Assembly (NCBI GenBank): GCA_964016885.1
Contig: OZ024742.1
Span: forward strand, 248,062,001 to 248,126,000
Direction of reading: 5' to 3'
Source of the DNA: Eledone cirrhosa
Taxonomy: Eukaryota
DNA length: 64,000 bases
Positions within the stretch are counted from its first letter, which is position 1. Each line of letters opens with the position of its first letter. The notes under the pieces were generated by a model. That model searched no databases, was not told where the DNA came from, and worked only from the letters and a program-made list of their open reading frames with translations. The position numbers and the translations under genes are program-made. Shown here one piece after another: positions 54,252 to 64,000 of this stretch.

Positions 54252-54911
54252 AGTTTCTTTATTAGCAACAAGGGCACAAAAGAAGGGGACAAATACAAAT
54301 GTGGAGTTTACATACAGGTATATGAAAATAAAACTATTAATAAAATAACAAATAACAATTGAAATCCTCAATAGAGGGGAGGCGTTATACAGGGGTTGTA
54401 CACACCCCGAAACAATGTACAACCCTCATCTCCAGGAGCACCAAGAGTGAGTACTCCCTTCCTTTCTTCCTCTTTTTCCTCAACCTACAGGCTTATATAG
54501 AGAGAAGGCCCAACCACTCGGGCCATCTTTGCCACATTCACCCACCTTTTATCAAATTTGCTGGGGTACAGCACCTCTCTCTCCATCCTGATTCTTCTTC
54601 CAAAATGATATTTGAAAAAACGAATCAGTTGCTCGCCGGAGAGAAAGGTGTTTGACCTCAGCTCTTTTAACCTCGTCCACCATATAACCTCTTTCACAAT
54701 AGCCATAACACATAGGAAAACCGCCTCTCCCTCATTTTTGAAGGAGGGTGGCGGTTTGATCATGACAATGGACTCGGTGGTCAACTGGATTGGTCCCACC
54801 CGCGACAATAGTCGTTCTACATAGCCCCACAGGTCGGTAACGCCCGGGCAGTGTACAATTGCGTGCGCGACGGTTTCCTCGTCGCGCACGCATCTCGGAC
54901 AGATCTTTTTC

Positions 54912-54942
<31 letters not shown>

Positions 54943-55207
54943 TGATAGATAGATAGATAGATAAATTTCTTTATTAGCCACAAGGGCACAAAAGAAGGGG
55001 ACAAATACAAATGGTGAGTTTACATACAGGTATATGAAAATAAAACTATTAATACAATAACAAATAACAATTGAAATCCCCAATAGGGGGGAGGTGTTAC
55101 ACAGGGATTGTACACACCCCGAAAAAAAGTACAACCCTCATCTCCAGGAGCACCAAGAGTGATTAATCCCTACCTCTCTTTTTCCTCAACCTACAGGCTT
55201 ATATAGA
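54252..55207 (-). mobile_element. Two tandem 5'-truncated Tx1/L1-like 3' ends (54252-54910 and 54962-55207), each bounded by (GATA)n
   Basis: ORF 54485-54889 (ETVAHAIVHC..LWGYV..KEVIWWTR..RWVNVAKMARV) is homologous to 6574-7150. The 3' UTR ends gcccttgtggctaataaagaaa plus (TATC)n. Confidence 0.75.
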
Positions 55208-55279
55208 GATAGATAGATAGATGGATAGATAGATAGATGGATAGATAGATAGATAGTTAGATAGATATATGTGTAAGCA

Positions 55280-56090
55280 GCAATGCAATGTGGCCAGATA
55301 TTATGTATGTACGTAACAGTAAATCTGTTCCAAGTGTGTCAGCAGTACTGCAATATGTTCTAGGATGTCTGTGAGTATAGACGAGCAACTCTTTCACAGA
55401 TGTATGGGTAATACAGTATTGTATAACGTGTATATCATTGTAAGTAATAGTAGCACTCTTTTAGATATGGAATCAGTATTTCTGTGTGATCCGTGATATC
55501 TTTGAAAATATAACAGTAGTGATACTATCGCAGATCTGTGAGCACTACTGAAAAGTGGTCTAGGACACCTGCATGTGTGTGTATGTACAAGTTATAGCAG
55601 AACTATCCCAGATTTAAGAAGTGCGCTGTAATGTGGAACAAGGATATCTCTGTTTGTAACAGAAGTACTCTCAGATATATGAGTAGTACTGTAATATAGG
55701 TTTATTGTGTATATGTGCCAGCAAGACATTTCCGGATAACGTAGTAGTACTGTATAATATGGGTCTAATATATCCAGCGCTGTATCAGTACTGTAAAGTA
55801 GGTTTAGATTCTAAACCCACTTTCTAAATTTTAGAATGTCGTTGTGAGTACATAACCGCGGCACAGTCGCAGCGATGTGAATATGTCCGTAATATAGGCT
55901 AGCATATATGTTTGTGTATATCTAACAACAGCCCAGCACCCACTGTGAGAGCAATATTGTAATATGGTCTAGTATAATAACACTACTGTTCCAGATGTGT
56001 GAACACTCCCATGTGAACTTGGTATATCTCTGTGTGTATAACAACAACACTATCCCATATGGTCTACAATGTCTACCTGTGTACGTAAGT
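55280..56090 (+). repeat. Highly degenerate minisatellite, unit about 60 bp
   Basis: Recurrent agtactgtaatat..gtctag..atatctgtg..taacag..actatcccagat motifs. Confidence 0.55.
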
Positions 56091-56729
56091 GTCAAACAAC
56101 AATAACAACCTCAATATTAACAATAACCATTTCAAGAACAAGAATAATAACAACATCCTTAACGTTACTAACATCAACCACACAAATGATGTTTAAAATA
56201 CCTTCAACAACAACAAAACTAAGAGTCATATCAATAATATCACCACGAGAACACTATCACTGATATCATCAACAATAAAATCAAAAACAATACCAAGAAC
56301 AGTAGCAGCACCACAACCACCATCAACAACATATACTAACTATATTTGACATAAATATTGGAAGATTTTCAAAACTGGGTGTCTAAGAAAAGAAGCAATA
56401 TATAAAGTCTTTTGTTCCATGGTAAAATAGTAATTACCTTAAAATTCTATCTCCAAGATTTTCTGTTAATTAGTGACCACAAATAGTTTCATAATTAAGA
56501 TACCTACTTGTTGCTAACCAACTTGTCTGGTCTTGAAATATACCATGCCAGAGAATAAGTGCCATCCGTTGTCTCACTTTACTGTTCGTGATTACTAAAA
56601 CGGTTAATATTGATAACTACCTTGGAAACAGGAATTTAAAGAAGAATGTAACTTCTTTTTTTCTGGTGAAGTGGTGGCGTGTAACTGACATATGTCTGCC
56701 ATTGGAAATACCAAGCCAAAGTATTCACT

Positions 56730-57842
56730 TTCTCCATTGTCATGTCTCTTGCTTTGCAGACCTCGAAAACGCATATGAGCGCGTTTGTCGGGGCCTGTTG
56801 TGGAAGGATGTTCAGTAGTATGGAACAAATGGCAGCTTATTTCTGACCTGATGTCTCTATACAAATGCCCGAGTATTGGTATTCGGATAAATGGTGCTTA
56901 ATCGAAATCATCGAATGTGGAAGTCGGACTCCGCTAAAGGTGAGTGCTGTCTCCCCTCCCGTTCAATATTTTCATGAACAGAATTGACATGCGCAGCCAA
57001 GCTGGAAGTGTTATCAGGAATCGCGGGTGTAAATTCAGTCGGTAGTAATTTGCAGACGACATGATGTTATTTGACTCGACTGAAGGTGACCTCCGACTTA
57101 CACTTTATGTGTTTGATACGGGAGTGCTGCGTGACTTGCATGGAAATCAGTGCTTCGAAAACTGCGACATATACTCACTCAAGGAAGCTCGCACAGTGCA
57201 CTCAACATGTGAATGAAGTTCCATTGAAGCAGGTGGAAAACTTCATGTATCTTGCGGCCATGTTCACACGTGATGGAAGACAGAAGGTTGAATTAAGTGT
57301 AAGAATTGCATCATTCGTAACCAGAATAAGGGAGGTAGGTGTAAAATCCATACTTCCTATCTTCAATACAGTATTCGTACCATACCTTCCTATGGGCATG
57401 AATCTTCGGTAATGGCTGAAATGATACGATAACGAATACAAGCGGTCAAAATAGAGTTCCTCTGATGAGTCTTTGGATTACGTTATTTAATAGTGTGTAG
57501 CTCGGAGATAAGAGAGTCACTCCTGTTAGAGACGCTACTTCTCTGAATTGAGAGATCACAGCTCAGATACTATGAGCATATGGTTAAAATGCATCAGGAA
57601 AGAATGGCTGGCCACATTTTACGGGCAAAATCCAACTGACAGGAGACTCAGAGTTACACCCCTAGCAAGATGGTTCGATAATATCCATGAGCTTGGCTGG
57701 TTTCACTTGGAAATCCAGCCGTATCAGTTGTAGACGGTTGCTTCTGATAGGACACGCTAGCTGGAGTGTTTGAGGACACTACTACCACGACCATCCCAAG
57801 AAGAAGAAGAAGAAGAAGAAGAAGAAGAAGAAGAAGAAGCAG
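56730..57842 (+). pseudogene. Decayed RTE-clade LINE (RT to 3' end) with a (GAA)n tail; small related fragment at about 37120-37190
   Basis: CFADLENAYERV, VLSPLPFNIFMNRI, FADD, LKQVENFMYL, IQAVKIEF and IERSQLRYYEHMVKM, with many stops. Confidence 0.75.
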
Positions 57843-57924
57843 CAGCCTCAGTGTCTCACCCTTCTGTTAGTGATATCAATGTAAGGGATTACTTACGTGT
57901 TGCTGAATAATTTGATATTAGATG

Positions 57925-58215
57925 TGTGTAGCCTAATGGTAAGGATGTTGTATTTACCATCATAATGTAGTATCGATTCTTGGACTAGATTGTGTCTCGT
58001 GTTCTTCATTTGACCTTGCTCCAGTAAACTCGGCTGAAGATGACCATCAACTAATGTGGAGTTTAACTCTGTTTTTGATTGATTTCACCTTGCTCTAGAA
58101 AACTCACCTGAAGATCACTACCAGCAATATCAACCCTGTCATGGACTGGCATCCTTTCTAGACGGGAGTTTTGTACTTTCAGTCGTTTCATGCCAAGGAA
58201 ACCGGGATAAGCAAC
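57925..58215 (+). mobile_element. Probable tRNA-derived SINE with a conserved central-domain-like segment
   Basis: A-box-like tagcctaatggtaagg, then aaccctgtcatggactggcatcc..ttcatgccaaggaaaccgggataagc, which resembles widespread metazoan SINE central domains. Confidence 0.5.
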
Positions 58216-58695
58216 AGCTGGAGACAGACATTAGACGTTTCCAAAGATAATTTAGTGATCTAATTCCTCTTTTGTCTTAATGTAATATTACTGAAGATAT
58301 TACTGGAAGACGAAGACGGCCATTGATGATTATGATTTGCAGGCTGTAAAATAACTATCTGCCTTGGACGTACAATGCTAGATATCAATCCTCCGTTTAT
58401 TGTTAGTGATGATATATGTGGTAATAAGGCATTTGCATTTTTGTCCTTGTGGCGCGGCTGCGAATGCCCTTGATTGGAGTGTAGTGTATGTACCTCCCCT
58501 TCTCTTTCTTTCGTTACTTGATTCGTTTTTCTTATTTTCATTTTCATTTTTTTTGTCCCTATAGTGTGTTTTGTTTTTATTAGATAGTTATCAACATTGG
58601 CAAACAATACCATGTTGCGTTTTTCAATAAGCTTATCAATATAATCAAATTTAATATTTGCTCATATATATATATACAATTATTATTATCATTAT

Positions 58696-59190
58696 TTGCG
58701 AAAGAGATTATATGGTGGACCAGGTTAAAAGGACTGAAGACAGACACTTTTTTCTTCGGCCAATCCCTCATCAACTTCTTCAAGTTTCACCTGGAAAGGA
58801 AGGTGAGAGTGGAGAGAGAAGTGCTGCGCCCCAGTACATTTGCTAAAAGGTGGATGAATGTGGCGAGAATGGCTCGTGTGAATGGGCCTACTCTGACCAT
58901 GCGCCTATAGGCTAGCTAACTTGAGGAGAGGAATGCTCTCCCTGGGTGCCCTAGAAGCGCAGGGTGCTTCAGGATTGGTGGGGTACCCGATTCACCCCAG
59001 GGTCGTCCACCCCTGTCGGGAAATTTATTTTGTTATATTTATGCATAGTTTATTTGATATTCTTACATCTTCATTGTTAAATTAGTCTTGCCATTGTGCA
59101 CTTTTACTCGACCTTAATGTAAACCCCACTGTCCCTGTCTTTGTATTGTCCCCTACATGTCGGCCCTTGTGGCTAATAAATGAAATCATT
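58696..59190 (+). mobile_element. Shorter 5'-truncated copy of the Tx1-like element at 6574
   Basis: Aligns to 6925-7415. Flanked by ttattatcattatt on both sides (TSD-like). Confidence 0.75.
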
Positions 59191-59284
59191 ATTATCATTA
59201 TTATTACACTATGCTTCGTACTACATCTCTATACTTACTGGAAACTACGCATCGAGTGCTCACTCTGGTGAATCTACAGTAACT

Positions 59285-59344
<60 letters not shown>

Positions 59345-59473
59345 TTATATATATATATATATATGTGTGTGTCTGTGTGTGTGTAGAAGAGATATTTAAT
59401 TTGTTGGAAATCCAACAAATATAGATGTTTATAACTGATTCAGAGAACTCGACAGTTTCTGGAGTAAGTATTC

Positions 59474-60105
<632 letters not shown>

Positions 60106-62224
60106 GAATAAGAAAATGCGAAGTAGTGTCAGATGTTAAATATTTTATTGATAAGGCTGTGATACATGTTTCAATGACAACAGTGGCCACGCGATTCCGC
60201 CTAACCACTGCTATGGTCTCATTAGACAGCTTCTTACATAATAAGGTTACGTTCGCGAGGCAATCCAAATTAAAATTTAAAGGAAACAGACAAAGATGAT
60301 CTTCTCGAAGTCTTCGCCCGTTCCCTTTGTATATCAATGGTAAATCATCAAATTTAAAGGAATAATGCACCTTATCTAGTCGAGCGCTTTCTGATGTAAT
60401 GGAATACACAGGCATTTTCACAGATGCGGGTCCTTTATCACCTTGGGATTGATACCTTACGAGTAGGATTTTGTCTAACGAAAACAAACCTGCCTCACAA
60501 ATCGGACTACGCCTTAAACAATAAAAAACTCCGTAGGACCTTACAAGTTCTTTGTAGCGTCCGCACGCCCCCTTCTCTTTTCTCATGTCCTATATCTTAT
60601 ACTGACTGAATTTTATCATTATTGTTCTTGGTTTCAAGGTATTTTCATAAACGGTTTCTGCTCAAACCATACACTACATCTCACCTCATATCACCTGGAT
60701 TCCTAGATCCTTATCCTCTACCATATATCTTTCAAACTTCACTGTTACTAAGCTTTACTTATTTTTGAGCTCTGCTGTGTATTTGTTTATCTGTTACAGC
60801 CAATTTGTCATGTTGTATTCCTATATCGTATATTTCATATTTTATATTTTATATTTTTATTTTTATTTTTATTTTATATATTGTTTACTCCCATGACTAC
60901 CATTCTGTATATGCTTACAATTAGATTGTTTATAGACATTTTACTCATCCTTTATATTGTTTCTATATCCCCGATACATTATACTTTTCACTTTTTCACA
61001 TATTTGTCATTAACTATATATATATATTTATTAGATTAATTATCACCCCTACCCTTTGGGATACATTCCCTATATAATATACGATATTGTCTTCATATTA
61101 TAGCGATAGTCTGGTTTGAATGTATGTACCTCTCCTATGTGGATTATATCCAATATGAATTTAAGACCGGCCGGCGCATGGAACCTAGGGGCAGCTAGGG
61201 ATTGTGTATTGGTTTTCTTGTCTCATTAAATCCTGCGTTGCTTCAGTTTTGATACTTCTCGACTTTAACATTAACTTCGCTGCTATGGATAACTAGGAAT
61301 TCATGGCATATATTACGAGACCAGCTAGCGGTGAAGACCCTTCTAGCTGCACTCGGGGCACCTGGGCCTATCCACCTCCTTGAGTGCTTGGAAATAAATT
61401 AAACTTCCCATTTCTACGGTATACCGTATTACCCGGAACGGTCGGTGGCCCCTTGGGCCGTGTGAGTATTGGGGGGGGGGGGGTCATCTTAAAATTAACC
61501 GTAACTTTTACTCCTAAACAATTTTAACCTGAATTTTTCTCTACTTGATATGTTGCTTGTTTCCCCCGCCCCGTCTGTTGTGTAATTTCCGTGAGTGTCT
61601 AGACTTAGCTTGACCCAGGTAGCTTACCATTCTCTGTAACACGATATTCTTCACTCTTCCCCCTTTTCTGGCCTGCTGTCCGAAGGTTGTTAGAATTGAG
61701 AGGTAGTAGAGAATCGCCCAGTGAGCTACATATCCCCGTACCCGCTTACCAAACTAACAGTGTGTGTGTGTGTGGTGGGGGGGTTGCAGCAGATAATTCA
61801 CCCAGAGACGGTGAGGCATTTAACAACCTACTACTACGTTCGTCTATAGGTCAAAAACATAAAGATATTTTTTTTCTTCTCTGTTTTTTCTTAGCTTGTT
61901 CCCTTAAAGTCTACCATCAGTTCGTTGATATACACCTATAACGCAATTTACACATGACGATGTCACCTGGTTCTTACGCAACCTGGCCACTGAAATATGT
62001 ACATTGTTTGCAGAAATAAATAATTAAGGAAATTCAGCATGCTTGGCCTCCTGTCATTTCACTATTAATATATATATAAATATATAGGTATTAAAGGTAC
62101 TAATTAATTGCGTGCGTAGGCGTTATACCGAAGGAGCACTCGATGCTCTTGGTGACCAGAGTATGAATAATATTAATATATAAGGGAACAAAGAATCAGT
62201 GTTGCATCATATACATATTAAATT

Positions 62225-62316
62225 ACATATTACATATGTTTCACTGTCGATCAGCTCGAGGAACAATATACTAGTGATCGAACCTGACTCAGGAATCGGA
62301 AGCTCCTCAGATATCT
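62225..62316 (-). ncRNA. Hammerhead ribozyme with 61-nt branched stem II (homologue of 16726)
   Basis: AGATAT-CTGAGGA-GCT-TC-CGATT-CCTG(AGT)CAGG-TTCGA..TCGAG-CT-GATCG-AC-AGT-GAAA-CATATG-TA-ATATGT. Confidence 0.65.
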
Positions 62317-63299
62317 GTTAACATATAGACTGATCAATTATATATATATTATGATTTAATTGATTATCCATAATTAGTTTTACCCTAGATATATCAAGTT
62401 AGAATAGGGGCTACTTTCCGCCGATGATTCAATCCAAACTTCCTCTGTTGATTCAATTTACTCTCAACCATGATATGAATGGAGATACTACCATGTTATA
62501 TGAGAAATAGTTGCTAACTTGTTCGCATTTGCAAACTCCATACTGCTTGATAGACCAACTACTCATAATGATGTTATCAATGTAATGGCGAGTCAAGGAT
62601 AATAATATATATGATTTACATGCTGGTACTGAACTAATGTGTCTTTGAAAACAGATGTTCGACAATACTATAACTTAAATTGTCTTAATTTATTGTCACT
62701 GATATTATCAATGATGTCCTACAGTTAATTAGTTACTATAAAACTGGAAAAATAATTATGTTTCTAGATGGTCTACCGTCTGAATTATAATTCAGACGGT
62801 AGACCATCTTGCTCTTGTCTTCATTTACTCTCAGTGAGGGAGTCTTTGGTAAATACTGACTTACTTTTTGTTAATAGTTATGGCCTTGGATACTCTATCT
62901 TCTTCTTCTTCTTCTTCTTCTTCTTCTTCTTCTTCTTCATGAGCCACTTACTTATAATAGTGTTGTGGGTGCTGTGTCTTGATTTACTGATAATTTTGTT
63001 ATCATTGTCAATGTTCTTATGACTCACACATATGTAAATCTAGGTGGTCTCCTATGAAGTTATATCTAATAAAAGTTTTATTGGGTGAATTAATGATATA
63101 GACCCTGTTTCTACGAGAAATGTTTTGAATGGGGGCGGGTATGAAACGAGGAATAGTGACTTATGTTTTACAATCCAATTAGTCATATCTTGGAAATACC
63201 AAGTTAGTCTAACGTCTTTGTAATCACAGTTTACTGTAAACGCTCATATCTTTGCAGACACTAAGATACTATGCGGCGATTTGTTGCTAACAATCTAGT

Positions 63300-64000
63300 C
63301 AGAGTCTTCAAGTGCCCATTGAGACACTTTATTTTCGTTGACACTGTTATTGTTATGATGGGTGATGGGGAGGTCAAAATGGTGAATGGTGAATGATGAA
63401 TTACTTGTTCCTAAATAATTATTGTAGTCTTAGGAGACTAGATGTTAGACACTCTAACATCTTCATAAGTTGTCCCAATTTACTGTTACTGTTATTAAAA
63501 ATGGAAGAAAACTATACAAAACGTAGTGCAGTATTTAAGTGGCTCCCTCTACTTCATTCTGTGTTAAAATCTGGACTGAAGTGATTTTATCTTTTATTCA
63601 TAAATATTTATTTCATAAAGACAAATTGTATAGGTGTGAAGGTTCATTTCTTTGGGGTTAGGGTATTCGGCTCAGAATCGTAATGTCGTGAGTTCAATTC
63701 TCGGCGGTGCATGGCATCCTTTATTTTCTATTCCTCTAGATTATTCAGCTGATAACAATGAGTTGCAGTTCTCCTTCAAACCGCCAGAATTGTCACATTG
63801 TGTGTGCCACTTAATCTCCATTTTATTTACGATACAGGCGCATGTGTCTGTGGAATGCTCAGCCTCGTTCACGTTAATTTCAGCAGCAGGCTGTTCCATT
63901 GTTTGAATTAACTGGTCGTCATAACCCATGGTATGAGAGTAGAGAAGGCTATTTGTAACACGAGTGAGTTGGCATTTTAATTTGGATATCATCTTCCTCA
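63300..64000 (-). pseudogene. Possible heavily decayed retroviral-type (Gypsy/Gin-like) integrase, interrupted by a SINE head at about 63645-63715
   Basis: H..G..C-x-C spacing in ORF 63741-63992, and PPHHPS*Q*QCQRK*KCLNGHLK near 63310-63375, which resembles PYHPQSNGxxER. The insert has a gagttcaattc B-box. Confidence 0.35.

Noticed and set aside
61165-61420. HDV-like ribozyme (ggccggc..atgg start; ggggcac/gtgctt pairing)
   Set aside because: P2 and P3 cannot be formed consistently, so the resemblance is probably chance.

Overview
AT-rich, microsatellite-dense eukaryotic DNA that looks intergenic or intronic. It is probably an octopod cephalopod, inferred only from the recurrent SINE motif 'ggggtcgataaaataaagtaccagt'. 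Nearly all short ORFs in the track are (TA)n/(CA)n/(GA)n artefacts. Real coding content is transposon-derived: a head-to-tail stack of R4/Dong-clade RT+RLE non-LTR elements in (TAA)n at 1-6483 (one uninterrupted 896-aa ORF), Tx1/L1-like 3' ends in (TTA)n or (GATA)n, two Penelope-like GIY-YIG fragments, decayed RTE LINEs, a decayed integrase and SINEs. One possible host terminal exon lies at 13861-14086. The main signal not shown by the ORF track is about 30 type I hammerhead-ribozyme (HHR) motifs from at least 10 sequence families. They mostly sit in short inverted-repeat elements embedded in (TA)n tracts, which are probably Penelope-like pLTR remnants. Many have palindromic stem III, some carry U3-A8 or C3.A8 core variants, and several have unusually long or branched stem II domains (56-97 nt). 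All folds were paired by eye and none is experimentally tested.
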